A stretch of 54,213 nucleotides of DNA from a virus. Under the pieces are notes generated by a model that saw only the letters and a list, made by a program, of their open reading frames with translations, was not told the origin of the DNA and did not search any database. Position numbers and translations under genes: made by a program. This document shows, one piece after another, positions 9,758 to 18,909 of the stretch. Numbering within the stretch: the first letter of the stretch is position 1; the number at the start of each line of letters is the position of its first letter. The stretch lies in UHGV virus genome UHGV-0121358. One strand, given 5' to 3'.

Positions 9758-9786
9758 TTCACATAGTGCGCAACAAGATGTATATA
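9758..9786 (+). promoter_or_regulatory. sigma70-like promoter for second plus-strand moron cassette
   Basis: -35 TTCACA, 17-nt spacer, -10 TATATA; immediately preceded by the recurrent motif TACAAAATGG (9747-9756). Confidence 0.35.
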
Positions 9787-9827
9787 GAAAGCAAGAAGAA
9801 AAGCAGTACCAACGAAGGAGGCCAAAA

Positions 9828-9983
9828 ATGAAACGCTATGTAGTGGTAATGCTGAACAACGCATTCGAACAAGTGGAAATAGCAATCGTTAAGGGCTTCG
9901 ACGACGCATTCAAATACGGTCAATTCATGATGAATGCAAAAGAAGATGAATACCGTGATTTCTTCCTGAAGGCACTCAACTAA
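9828..9983 (+). CDS. hypothetical small protein
   Basis: Track ORF 9753..9983; in-frame ATG at 9828 with strong AAGGAGG SD 7 nt upstream. Confidence 0.5.
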   Translation: MKRYVVVMLNNAFEQVEIAIVKGFDDAFKYGQFMMNAKEDEYRDFFLKALN

Positions 9984-10000
9984 GGATGATGGGGTGAGTT

Positions 10001-10255
10001 ATGAAACTGGTAGCGATTGATAAAAACCTGAAAGTACAGAAAAACGCACAAGACAGGATTATCAAGAAAGGGAAGGAACTGCTTAAAGCATTTTTGAAGA
10101 AAGAGGCGCGCCCCAAAAAGTTACGTGATGGTTATGGCTTTAAATTCGACATCAACCCTGACTGGAGGCTGTTTAGCGAAGACCTAAAAGTCTGGTTAAT
10201 TATCGATCATCTGGAATATAACAGGCACTGTGGAGTCAAAGGGGTGCATAAGTGA
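10001..10255 (+). CDS. hypothetical protein
   Basis: Track ORF; GGGGTGAG SD; basic, no recognised motif. Confidence 0.5.
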   Translation: MKLVAIDKNLKVQKNAQDRIIKKGKELLKAFLKKEARPKKLRDGYGFKFDINPDWRLFSEDLKVWLIIDHLEYNRHCGVKGVHK

Positions 10256-10364
10256 GGTGGGACATGGAGGACGATAAATTCACCTGGCGGGAGATCTGGA
10301 ATATTTGGTTGGTGATGTTCGGCAGTGGTTACGTCGCACGTAACGGAAGATTATAGGAGGAAAA

Positions 10365-10550
10365 ATGATTATTGACGAAACAGAGTTATGTTACGGAGTT
10401 AGGTTAGATCTTGATGAGGATGGTCGGCTATGGATAACCGAACTCATGGGGACTGACACCCTCGTAATTGACAAATCGCAGGCGACGCAACTTATCGCCG
10501 GGCTTCAAAAATTTATAGATGGCACATTTGAGAACGATCAGGAGGATTAA
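10365..10550 (+). CDS. hypothetical small acidic protein
   Basis: Track ORF; strong TAGGAGGA SD. Confidence 0.5.
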   Translation: MIIDETELCYGVRLDLDEDGRLWITELMGTDTLVIDKSQATQLIAGLQKFIDGTFENDQED

Positions 10551-10552
10551 CA

Positions 10553-10840
10553 ATGGATTTAACCGTCATTGGTCACGCACTGGCTGCGGCGGCTATGCAG
10601 GTTGTTATCGGCCTGCTTACTGGTGATTATCTCACTGGCGGCCTGATTGGATGTACATTCTTTTTTGCACGCGAACACACGCAGGCTGAATATCGTTACA
10701 TAGCGGAATTTTGCGGTGGAAAACGGGAAAGAATGCCGTGGTATGGCGGATTATTACCTAAAGCATGGAATATGGCTAGCGTTTGCGACTTCGCCGCACC
10801 TGTATTCCTGTGCTGTTTGATTTATATTCTCACCATGTAA
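10553..10840 (+). CDS. hypothetical membrane protein
   Basis: Track ORF; CAGGAGGA SD; hydrophobic N- and C-terminal segments. Confidence 0.5.
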   Translation: MDLTVIGHALAAAAMQVVIGLLTGDYLTGGLIGCTFFFAREHTQAEYRYIAEFCGGKRERMPWYGGLLPKAWNMASVCDFAAPVFLCCLIYILTM

Positions 10841-10844
10841 AATA

Positions 10845-10865
10845 AAGGCCGCTTATAGCGGCCTT
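10845..10865. terminator. bidirectional terminator hairpin between moron cassette and tape-measure gene
   Basis: Stem AAGGCCGC / GCGGCCTT with loop TTATA; T-rich flank on the minus strand after the tape-measure stop (10870) and moderately T-rich on plus. Confidence 0.55.
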
Positions 10866-10869
10866 AGTG

Positions 10870-13215
10870 TTATTTGCGGCGCGGTTGCAACATCCCGCCA
10901 GGTCTTTGCGATTCCCTTGTTATCATCTTCATTGCTACACGTTCCATTGTTGATTCAAGTCTGCGGCTGTCTTCTTCGCTAAATCCGTTTGTGGTTTGAA
11001 TACTGATACTGACAGGCATACTAAAACCGCCACCGCCGCCAATATCACGACCAGGAATAACCCTGCCGTTCTCGCCTGGGATCATATATTGGTTGCCGTT
11101 AGACGTCTGGAATAGCTCCGGCCTGTTGTGTTCCCCTACGCGGTACATATTGCCACCAATGACGCTACCACCATTAAAGCGACCGCCGCCGAAAATTGAC
11201 GTAGCCAGCGACATGATCGCAGTGAGCGCAGCCGAACCAGCCGCCGCCCAGCTACCGCCAGTTGATGCAGCCGTTGCCGCCGCCGCCGGGGCCGCCGCCG
11301 CCGCGATGCTTCCCTGAGCGGCAACCGCGCTTGCCGTTGTACTTGCTTGAGTTGCCTTGCTTTGTGTTTCCATCATGATCTGATCTGCTATCCAGTCGGC
11401 TGCTATATCAGAAAGTCTGTTGCCAATATTCCCTAGTATATTGCTCCCTAAGTTAGCAAAAACATCGCTCAATGATTGAGTACCGTTAAGCAGGCCGACA
11501 AGCGCATTGCTCATGCCACCTTTAAGGCCATTAACGCAATCACCGATCAGGCCGTTTGTCTGGCTTTGCGCCTGCCATTGCTCCCATTTCAGATCGCGGA
11601 TCTGTTGCTCATAGGCTAACAATGCCTGTTTCTGTTGCGCTTCGGTAGCGCCCAGGTCGATAAGCATTTGCTTACGGACGGCCCATTCATTTTGTACCTG
11701 CTGAATAGGGTCAACCTCGCCTTTAAGCTGATTCATCGGGCTTACTATTTGCGCCCATTTATCACGCAATTCATCTACCGGAATTTGGGCTAATTCTTCC
11801 TTCAGTTCCTTACCTATCCCTTTTTGCGCGGCGCGGTACTCAAGGAGGGTGATTTTACCCTGGGCGAATGCAGCATCAATGGCCTTGCCGTTCTCTAACG
11901 CTTTGCGCATGGCGGCGGCGTCTTTATTGTACTGGTCAGAAACGCTTATACCCTTGTCACCAAGCGTATCCTCTTTGCTTTTCTTGCTGCCACTCTTCTT
12001 ACCCTTTTTAGGCTTATCAACTGGCTTGTCGAATCCGGTGATCTTGCCGTCGTTGGCTTCTGCCTGTTTCTGCATAAACTCATCATAAGCGGCAGTCGCG
12101 TTTTTAATGTCGTTTGCAAAAGTCATGACTTTACCGACTGTAGGGCCGAATTTCTTCTCATTGTTGCTATTTAGTTCTTCCTTGCGCTTATCTACAACCT
12201 CCTTCATCCATTTGTAGGCGTCCATAAGTGCCTTGATTGGCATCACCATTGCGATGATCTTCTCTGCCACCTCGCCAGCCTTCACAGCCACATCATCAAA
12301 CATGTCGATGAATTCGCCACCAGCCGTTTTGAGTGTATCGAAGCAGGTTTTAGCGAATTTAGCGCCCTCACCTAACCCCTTAACGCCTTTTGTGATTAAG
12401 TCGATAGCTGAGACTACGCCATCTGATACGCCGAAAAGATCATCAAGCTGTTCAACAAGACCCATGATTTCGACTTTAAGCTCATTGATAGCCATGCCGG
12501 ATGTGCGCGGCAACTGAGCAAACTGCTCGTTTGTTTCCTGCGTAGCCGCCTGGATTGCGTTAACCATCCTTTCTGCCGTGATCTTGCCGTCCAGCATTTC
12601 GGCGCGGAACTGGCCCATAGATAACCCCATCTGACGGGCCATTGTCTGTACGATGGTCGGGGTGTTTTCAAGTAGGCTGTTAAATTCTTCAGCACGCAGC
12701 ACGCCGCCGTCTATAGACTGGCGGAACTGGCGCATAGAGTTAGACATCTGTTCCGCTGATGCGCCGCCTAACGCCCCCATTTTCTGAATAGTGCCAACCA
12801 GGTTAAGTAATTGCCCTTCCGTAGCTGACGTGTTCTTCAGTGAGATGGCAAGACCTTGCCATAGCTCGCCAGTATCCTTCAGGCTTTGCCCCGTTTCCCT
12901 GGATATTGCTTTCAGGCCGTCGAAAACCCGTCCGGCGGACTCCGCATCGCCCGTAAGCATTTTGATTTTTACGCGAAGCATTTTTGCTTGCTCCGCCATA
13001 TCCATAAATTGGCGCACAGCCTCGGCAGCAATTAGCAAATGGATAACCCTGGTCAGTGCTTTGATGGATGTTTTCAGGGTGTTTACCTGGCGGTCAGCCT
13101 GTTTTGCGCCGCGCTCTATACGGTCAAAGGCCTGGTCTGCCTGTCGTTGTGCAACGAGAAGTTGACCAGTTTTTGCATCAACTTCGTAATAAATTGTACC
13201 TACACTGGTAGCCAT
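10870..13215 (-). CDS. tail tape measure protein
   Basis: Track ORF, 781 aa, largely alpha-helical with Ala/Gly-rich stretches; located upstream of M-L-K-I-J. Confidence 0.85.
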   Translation of the reverse strand: MATSVGTIYYEVDAKTGQLLVAQRQADQAFDRIERGAKQADRQVNTLKTSIKALTRVIHLLIAAEAVRQFMDMAEQAKMLRVKIKMLTGDAESAGRVFDGLKAISRETGQSLKDTGELWQGLAISLKNTSATEGQLLNLVGTIQKMGALGGASAEQMSNSMRQFRQSIDGGVLRAEEFNSLLENTPTIVQTMARQMGLSMGQFRAEMLDGKITAERMVNAIQAATQETNEQFAQLPRTSGMAINELKVEIMGLVEQLDDLFGVSDGVVSAIDLITKGVKGLGEGAKFAKTCFDTLKTAGGEFIDMFDDVAVKAGEVAEKIIAMVMPIKALMDAYKWMKEVVDKRKEELNSNNEKKFGPTVGKVMTFANDIKNATAAYDEFMQKQAEANDGKITGFDKPVDKPKKGKKSGSKKSKEDTLGDKGISVSDQYNKDAAAMRKALENGKAIDAAFAQGKITLLEYRAAQKGIGKELKEELAQIPVDELRDKWAQIVSPMNQLKGEVDPIQQVQNEWAVRKQMLIDLGATEAQQKQALLAYEQQIRDLKWEQWQAQSQTNGLIGDCVNGLKGGMSNALVGLLNGTQSLSDVFANLGSNILGNIGNRLSDIAADWIADQIMMETQSKATQASTTASAVAAQGSIAAAAAPAAAATAASTGGSWAAAGSAALTAIMSLATSIFGGGRFNGGSVIGGNMYRVGEHNRPELFQTSNGNQYMIPGENGRVIPGRDIGGGGGFSMPVSISIQTTNGFSEEDSRRLESTMERVAMKMITRESQRPGGMLQPRRK

Positions 13216-13257
13216 GATTTAACCTCATGCAAAAATGTGATCTGTGTATCTATTTTA

Positions 13258-13297
13258 TACAAAATGGCTTTACTTCAACGACTCCATTTTGTATAAG
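13258..13297 (+). promoter_or_regulatory. promoter-like region with inverted copies of recurrent motif (TACAAAATGG ... CCATTTTGTA)
   Basis: Perfect 10-bp inverted repeat (13258-13267 / 13284-13293) bracketing -35 TTTACT (13269-13274); -10 TATAAG (13292-13297) after a 17-nt spacer; upstream of lipoprotein gene. Confidence 0.45.
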
Positions 13298-13342
13298 GAA
13301 GCCAAAGGGAAAGGTCAGTAAATCAAGTTAGCGTGGTGGGTT

Positions 13343-14002
13343 ATGAAACGGTTAGCAAAAGTGGCAATGATTGCGGCGGTATTGGGTCTGGTTGGTTGCA
13401 ATGAGGATAATGAAAAAGCGCCTATAGTGACCAATCAAGAACAACAAGCATTAGCAGAGAAAAATGCTAAATGGCTTGCAGAACAACAAGCAAAACAAGC
13501 CGCATACGATGCACAGTTAGAAAAAGAAAATGCTGGTAAACAGTGGCTTGTAGTTGAAAGAAAAGATGATATGCAGGACGCAAAAAACGTATTCCTTTTT
13601 GTGAAAGCAGAACAATTCAGCGGAAGTCTTGATGCTTTCCCGACACTGAAGGCACAGGATAAGAATAAACCGGTATTAACAATCGCTTGCCAGGGTAATA
13701 AAACAAAAATGTTCGTAGCATGGTCACACCATGTAACTGACGCCGGGGACACTACTTATATTAACTACCGGATCGGCGTTCACAAAGCTGTAGCTACTGA
13801 GTGGGGGCGGTCAACTAATTATAAAGCTCTTGGATTATGGGATGGCAAAAAAGCCATCCCAATGATTAAAAAAATGGTTAACGAAAAACAATTCATCATT
13901 GAAGTAGTGCCGGAAGCTGGCGACATTGAGAAAGCAGTGTTTAACATTGATGGTCTTTATAACCACATCGACAAAGTGAAAAACGCTTGCAACTGGAATT
14001 AA
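13343..14002 (+). CDS. lipoprotein, function unknown
   Basis: Track ORF; signal peptide with lipobox LVGC (MKRLAKVAMIAAVLGLVGC); opposite strand to flanking tail genes. Confidence 0.7.
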   Translation: MKRLAKVAMIAAVLGLVGCNEDNEKAPIVTNQEQQALAEKNAKWLAEQQAKQAAYDAQLEKENAGKQWLVVERKDDMQDAKNVFLFVKAEQFSGSLDAFPTLKAQDKNKPVLTIACQGNKTKMFVAWSHHVTDAGDTTYINYRIGVHKAVATEWGRSTNYKALGLWDGKKAIPMIKKMVNEKQFIIEVVPEAGDIEKAVFNIDGLYNHIDKVKNACNWN

Positions 14003-14012
14003 GGGGTAAATC

Positions 14013-14387
14013 ATGAAAAACATAATCAAAGCGGCTCTCATTGGTGTTATGGCTTTAGCTCTTACAGGGTGCGCAAGATCAACTGATTTCGTTAAGTTAG
14101 CTGATAAAAAATTGCAAGTTGGAATGACTTGTGAGCAAGTGAATAAAATAATGGGGGAACCACAAAGAATCGAGCATGACGGTAATTATAGTTATCACGT
14201 ATGGTATTCAGTAACCAGCACGATAGGATTTACTTACATGGATGTTGAAGAATTATCCCCTTCAAGGGTTATCGCAAAGTTTGATAACTGCATCCTAAAA
14301 GAATGGAAAGATCGCAGTAAGGCAAAGTCTGTATACAATACAATCACACACAGTTCACCAGGTACAGCAATTAAAGATTTCAATTAG
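14013..14387 (+). CDS. lipoprotein with BamE/SmpA-OmlA-like segment
   Basis: Track ORF; lipobox LTGC; GMTCEQVNKIMGEP resembles the BamE-type motif (pattern recognition only). Confidence 0.6.
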   Translation: MKNIIKAALIGVMALALTGCARSTDFVKLADKKLQVGMTCEQVNKIMGEPQRIEHDGNYSYHVWYSVTSTIGFTYMDVEELSPSRVIAKFDNCILKEWKDRSKAKSVYNTITHSSPGTAIKDFN

Positions 14388-14401
14388 CAAAACGCCCTGA
14401 T

Positions 14402-15088
14402 CTACCGGGCTTTTTCTTGCTCACGATTTTTCATTCTTTCTAGTGCCTTTTTAGCGGCCTCCATTTGCTCGTCATAAGCACGTTTATTTATGTGAATGTT
14501 TGGCTTGCTTCTCTCGTTTCTTTCGTCTGGCGGCGTTTTAGCGCGTACAGCGGCCCTATATCCGGTCATTGTCATATTCCATGCTTCCGATTCTGACAAG
14601 CCCAGGTGAGCAACGGCAGAATAAACGAATTCCAGCACGTTAAAAGTAGGCTTATATTCCCCTTCCCGGATCTCTCCGGCGTCTTCTTCCGGCCCGTCAC
14701 CGATTAAGCCGTGGTACATGCAATGCTGCGCCAGCGTGATAACGTCACTGGTAGGCATCAGTCCTGGTCTTAGCCGTAACTTGCCGGAAGGAGTAAACCT
14801 ACATTCGCCTAATAGCGTGCCTATTTCGTCGTCTGAGCAACATTTCAGGATGTGCATGGACGTTTGCACCATTTCACCATAACACCGCGCCATAATGCGA
14901 TTGCGAAGGTCTGGATCCGCTGGCAATCGTGATGGATATTTGCCACCGTGTATGGTTGCGAAGTATTCGACCAGTTCGCTGTCACTGCCGATTTTAGCCA
15001 TTGCAGCGAAGCAGGGATTAAACACGTACCGCCTGCCGTCTACCACCGCCGCAAATTGTCCCGTTCGAACATGGATCATAGCTGTCAC
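14402..15088 (-). CDS. putative tail assembly chaperone (between tail tube and tape measure)
   Basis: Track ORF; assignment by position only. Confidence 0.4.
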   Translation of the reverse strand: MTAMIHVRTGQFAAVVDGRRYVFNPCFAAMAKIGSDSELVEYFATIHGGKYPSRLPADPDLRNRIMARCYGEMVQTSMHILKCCSDDEIGTLLGECRFTPSGKLRLRPGLMPTSDVITLAQHCMYHGLIGDGPEEDAGEIREGEYKPTFNVLEFVYSAVAHLGLSESEAWNMTMTGYRAAVRAKTPPDERNERSKPNIHINKRAYDEQMEAAKKALERMKNREQEKAR

Positions 15089-15133
15089 CTTAAAAGAAAG
15101 GGGCCAGATGGCCCCGATTGTTAATATTGATTA

Positions 15134-15610
15134 TTATGCTGCTGGGATGTCGCCAACCGTCACCTTGCCAGCACTTGAACACTCAATGGACCAGGTGGAA
15201 ACGTCGTCGTTAGGGTCTTCTTCTTTAAAGGAAGTGCAAAGAAACGGACCTTCAGTCACATCAGCCGGGGAAACAATTTTAAGCCAAACATATGGTTGCG
15301 ATCCGGTTGTTTCGCCTGGGTTAATAACGTGGCGTTTAAGTGCCTTCTGATTATGAATTTCTTCAGTACGGGATACGCCGTCACCTGAGAAAGAAACAGA
15401 TTTGTAAGTGACAAGTGATTCTTTGGTGTAGTCTGCTGATTTATCAGCGGTGGCGTCTGCGGTTTCCCATTCTACGGAAAGCGTTTTGCCGCGCATCATG
15501 CCTAACGCTTTATAAGAGCCGTCTTCAGGTTTCACGTTAGGACAAGCGATAGCGTAGAATACAGCAACGTCGCGGCCTAAAAACGCGCCTTTTTCGCAAG
15601 TCTGAGACAT
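15134..15610 (-). CDS. major tail (tube) protein
   Basis: Track ORF, 158 aa, between head-tail joining genes and chaperone/tape measure; beta-rich composition. Confidence 0.6.
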   Translation of the reverse strand: MSQTCEKGAFLGRDVAVFYAIACPNVKPEDGSYKALGMMRGKTLSVEWETADATADKSADYTKESLVTYKSVSFSGDGVSRTEEIHNQKALKRHVINPGETTGSQPYVWLKIVSPADVTEGPFLCTSFKEEDPNDDVSTWSIECSSAGKVTVGDIPAA

Positions 15611-15623
15611 GTTTAATTACCTC

Positions 15624-16010
15624 TTATCTGGATATGATGGTTTGAAAAGCTACGGTAAAAATAAAGCGCCCTTCTCTTGTCTGCATCGCAGGAATAGCGC
15701 CAACTGGCTTCATGTGTGTAATTTTATCAGTTTTATATTCTGTTAACATACTTTGACGGATGGCGTCGGCAAGGTCTTCCACTTCACTGATATTTGCATC
15801 ATTACGCGCTGAAATAACCAGGATGCGGAAATAATCACGGGTTATTGCTTCTTCACCAGCCGCGCCGCCGTTCTGCTGGATCACGATGTATCTGTCATTA
15901 TTCGAATTACTTCGCTCATTCCAGAAACGGGCCTGCAAAATATAGCCCTCATCGTATCCGTGAGACTGTATCCAGTCTCTTATATTGTCGTAGACTTCGC
16001 TGCGTTTCAT
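15624..16010 (-). CDS. tail completion / tail terminator-like protein
   Basis: Track ORF; position in head-tail joining block. Confidence 0.45.
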   Translation of the reverse strand: MKRSEVYDNIRDWIQSHGYDEGYILQARFWNERSNSNNDRYIVIQQNGGAAGEEAITRDYFRILVISARNDANISEVEDLADAIRQSMLTEYKTDKITHMKPVGAIPAMQTREGRFIFTVAFQTIISR

Positions 16011-16447
16011 ACTTTGTAACCTTCTACAATCTCTTTATAAATATCGTCTGCGTTGTTTGGATCTTCGAATGCCTTGCGCAAAAATTCCGGCTCCGCGTTT
16101 GGATCCCAATATTTACCTTTTCCAGTACCGCCGCCGAATTCAACCCCTTCGCTAGTCTTGCCGAAATGTTCGCGCGGCTGTCCTTTTAATTTACCTGGCA
16201 TATTGTGCACCCATTCAGCATACCTGGCCGTATATCCCAGCCGTAACTGCATACCATCCGCCGTGCTACCTATATACTGAAATTGGCTGTTAATTAAAAA
16301 ACCCGTATCAACTGGGGTCATGTTCGCCGCGAAGCCACCAGCCAGCATCCCTACTCGCCATAACACCTCATGAGTTTTCTTATCTGTGATTTCCTTTAGC
16401 TCCTGCTTTAATCGCTCCCTGACACGTTTAACACCCTTGATAGGCAT
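16007..16447 (-). CDS. HK97 gp10-family head-tail joining protein
   Basis: Track ORF; N-terminus MPIKGVKRVRERL typical of the HK97 gp10-like family as I recall it. Confidence 0.6.
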   Translation of the reverse strand: MPIKGVKRVRERLKQELKEITDKKTHEVLWRVGMLAGGFAANMTPVDTGFLINSQFQYIGSTADGMQLRLGYTARYAEWVHNMPGKLKGQPREHFGKTSEGVEFGGGTGKGKYWDPNAEPEFLRKAFEDPNNADDIYKEIVEGYKV

Positions 16448-16449
16448 GA

Positions 16450-16818
16450 TTAACCCCCTGTCACGATCTTATAATCCGGCGTGTCATTAAACATACTCAT
16501 GTCCCATTCAACGATTCCGGTTATAACGTTGGCCCCGGCCGCCAGCGGGTCGGAAATATCAGCGGTGTTACCAGTAGCAATCATCCAGCCTTTTTCCGGG
16601 CGCTGTACTGGCTGCATATTGTGAAGCAGTTCGGTAAATACGGTTATTGTATTGCTAACCTCATTGCCGTTTGCGTCTGTTGCCGTGCCGTCGGTGCGCT
16701 CCCATGAGCAATCAATCAGGTATGGTGCACCGTATACATCGGAGTTTGTCCAGTCGTCACGCGTTACGGGGTAAATGGTGGCTAACGCCTTGTAAGTGAA
16801 TCGTGATAATTTACTCAT
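16450..16818 (-). CDS. head-tail adaptor / head closure protein
   Basis: Track ORF; size and position. Confidence 0.45.
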   Translation of the reverse strand: MSKLSRFTYKALATIYPVTRDDWTNSDVYGAPYLIDCSWERTDGTATDANGNEVSNTITVFTELLHNMQPVQRPEKGWMIATGNTADISDPLAAGANVITGIVEWDMSMFNDTPDYKIVTGG

Positions 16819-16996
16819 ATCCGTTGCTCCATTTGATGATTCTCGGATGGGTTTCAGCCACGCGCGGGCAAAGAATTACCCATTCACCAGCATCATTGAG
16901 GTAGGCTGCCACCTGTCGCCCGGTGTCTGTCTTCACCCACACGCGGGTAAACAGTTTCGGCAATAGCGGATCCGGTAATGTCAGGTCGTTCCACAT
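16811..16996 (-). CDS. hypothetical small protein
   Basis: Track ORF within connector gene block. Confidence 0.35.
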   Translation of the reverse strand: MWNDLTLPDPLLPKLFTRVWVKTDTGRQVAAYLNDAGEWVILCPRVAETHPRIIKWSNGYE

Positions 16997-16998
16997 TA

Positions 16999-17385
16999 TT
17001 ACATCCTCCCGCTTTTACCTATCCACAGTCCGGCGTGCGCGGTGTTTTCTGGATCTGCTGGAATTAGTTCGGCTGTACAGTGATGTTTATCAAGTGAGTA
17101 AAGCAACGAATAGGCCGCCTTCCATCGTTTGTTGAAATCGACATAGCGGTATGACTGGCTTGCACCGTTCGGACCCGTCTGCGATGAGACGTATTTATCA
17201 GCCTGGCTGAGTCCTAACAGTCCAATCAGATAAAGCTGAATCAATGTTGCAGTGGAGGCCGGATAGTTGGCATCAAGGCATTCATTAACGCTATTTGCCT
17301 GCTCCACCAGCAAAGATAAGATAATGTCTGGCAGGTCAATACCCTGGCTTTCAAGATATTCCCGCGCCTGTTCTGTAGTGACCAT
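16999..17385 (-). CDS. gp6-like head-tail connector protein
   Basis: Track ORF 16999..17421; internal ATG at 17385 with GGAG SD (MVTTEQAREYLESQGIDLP...). Confidence 0.55.
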   Translation of the reverse strand: MVTTEQAREYLESQGIDLPDIILSLLVEQANSVNECLDANYPASTATLIQLYLIGLLGLSQADKYVSSQTGPNGASQSYRYVDFNKRWKAAYSLLYSLDKHHCTAELIPADPENTAHAGLWIGKSGRM

Positions 17386-17402
17386 TTTGTTTACTCCACA
17401 TA

Positions 17403-17431
17403 CAAAAAAAATCCCCGGCATCGCGCCGGGG
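17403..17431 (-). terminator. rho-independent terminator downstream of major capsid gene
   Basis: Stem CCCCGGC / GCCGGGG with loop ATCGC, followed on the minus strand by TTTTTTTT. Confidence 0.7.
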
Positions 17432-17451
17432 AGTTACAGGAAACGTTCTAA

Positions 17452-18504
17452 TTAAGAATTTTTGCCGTAAACGACACCGGAACGGCCTAACATGTCGCAG
17501 GTGATTTGTAAACCTTCGGCAGACATGATTTTGAAGTTATAGTTATCAGTCGGCATAAAGCGCGGTACAGGTACAACGCCAGTAGTCATACCGATCAGCG
17601 GGGTAATGACATCACGGCGGCGCTGATAAGCAATAATTTCATTGCCTTTCAGTGCAAAGGTCTGGCGGATTTCACCTACCGGGGCGAACGGCATAACCGT
17701 TTGCAGCACGCTACCAACGACAGCACCGTTAACGATGTGCGGGCGGGCAAGGTTAGCCATGATTTCAGGTGATACCCACATCACATCATATTTAGCAACG
17801 AAGTTATTGCGGGCCAGAACACCGAATTCACCAACGGTGAAGAAGTCGATCAGTGCGTCAAATCTTGCAGTGGTCAGGTCAGTTGTCAGGGTTAGTTGCT
17901 GGGTGTTTTTGTGGTTTTTAATACCCATAGCCTTATGACCATCAACCTTGATGTTTTCGTTACCGTTCAGATAGAAGTTAACGCGTGCTTTGTTGAATTT
18001 TTTCAGTTTCAGGCGTTGGCTATCAAGTGCAAGGTCGATACCTACAGTATTCAGACCCTGAGCAAGACGCCAGTTGACACCATAACCAGCCGCGAACATC
18101 GGGATCGGGTCGCCATCGCTGCCGTATTCGGTGTGATCAAAGCCGTGTGGCGCTTGACCATCCATAGACATTACGACTTCATCGTTGATGTCGCCGGATA
18201 CGCTGTACATTTTCAGCGTTTTACCGATAGGAAGTACAGTCTGTACAGCCATAAGGTCGTTTACGATCTCGATGCCGATTTCTTCGGTGTTCAGTTCGAT
18301 GATCTGGTTATCAATTTCTTTCCAGAATGATTTTTCAAAACCACCAACGGCGTTACAAGCAATCATTTCAGCGGTCATGTTTGCTTTGTTCGCTGCAATC
18401 ATGGCGTCATGCTGATCGTTGAAGATATTGCGTTGCGCCCACAGTTCATTCCAGTGTGCCTGCATCCGGCTGTTAGTGGCGAGGTTTTCTTTTGTAAAGT
18501 ACAT
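17452..18504 (-). CDS. major capsid protein
   Basis: Track ORF, 350 aa, follows decoration and scaffold genes and precedes a strong terminator. Confidence 0.8.
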   Translation of the reverse strand: MYFTKENLATNSRMQAHWNELWAQRNIFNDQHDAMIAANKANMTAEMIACNAVGGFEKSFWKEIDNQIIELNTEEIGIEIVNDLMAVQTVLPIGKTLKMYSVSGDINDEVVMSMDGQAPHGFDHTEYGSDGDPIPMFAAGYGVNWRLAQGLNTVGIDLALDSQRLKLKKFNKARVNFYLNGNENIKVDGHKAMGIKNHKNTQQLTLTTDLTTARFDALIDFFTVGEFGVLARNNFVAKYDVMWVSPEIMANLARPHIVNGAVVGSVLQTVMPFAPVGEIRQTFALKGNEIIAYQRRRDVITPLIGMTTGVVPVPRFMPTDNYNFKIMSAEGLQITCDMLGRSGVVYGKNS

Positions 18505-18521
18505 GTTTTTCCCCTTTTAAA

Positions 18522-18893
18522 TTAAGCGACGCGAACGCGGATGAAGTCTTCCGCTTCCAGTTTTACGTCTTCCTGGCAGTATGCGACGGTTACATCACCG
18601 ACCTGGATGGCCTGGTCTTTAGTGTAAGTACCCATGGCAACGCGCATTGCAAACTCGCGGCCTTGTTCCACGTAGTCAGCTACAACGGTTTCACCTGCTG
18701 CGATCGCATCGGCAATGGTTTTACCTTCATGAAATGCAGGGTTAACGATATACAGACGTCCTTCTGCGGTTGTTGCTTTGACGAATTTACCGCTTTCCAG
18801 TTTCACCAGTTCACCCGGTTTTAATTCAGCACCAGCGAGGCGGGTTTCTGTGATTGATTTACCATCAATATTTACACGACGAAAACGAAACAT
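18522..18893 (-). CDS. head decoration protein
   Basis: Track ORF, 123 aa, immediately upstream of capsid gene. Confidence 0.5.
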   Translation of the reverse strand: MFRFRRVNIDGKSITETRLAGAELKPGELVKLESGKFVKATTAEGRLYIVNPAFHEGKTIADAIAAGETVVADYVEQGREFAMRVAMGTYTKDQAIQVGDVTVAYCQEDVKLEAEDFIRVRVA

Positions 18894-18909
18894 TGTGATC
18901 CCCTTTTAA

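Noticed and set aside
11093-13165. ORFs on both strands overlapping the tape-measure gene (e.g. 11093..11317, 11136..11324, 12233..12517, 12791..13165)
   Set aside because: Overlapping or antisense frames of a GC-rich long gene; Ala/Arg/Pro-rich translations with no start signals.
14402-15088. Programmed -1 frameshift (G/GT-type) tail assembly chaperone pair upstream of the tape-measure gene
   Set aside because: Only one continuous 228-codon frame is present and I could not identify an overlapping second frame or slippery site by inspection.
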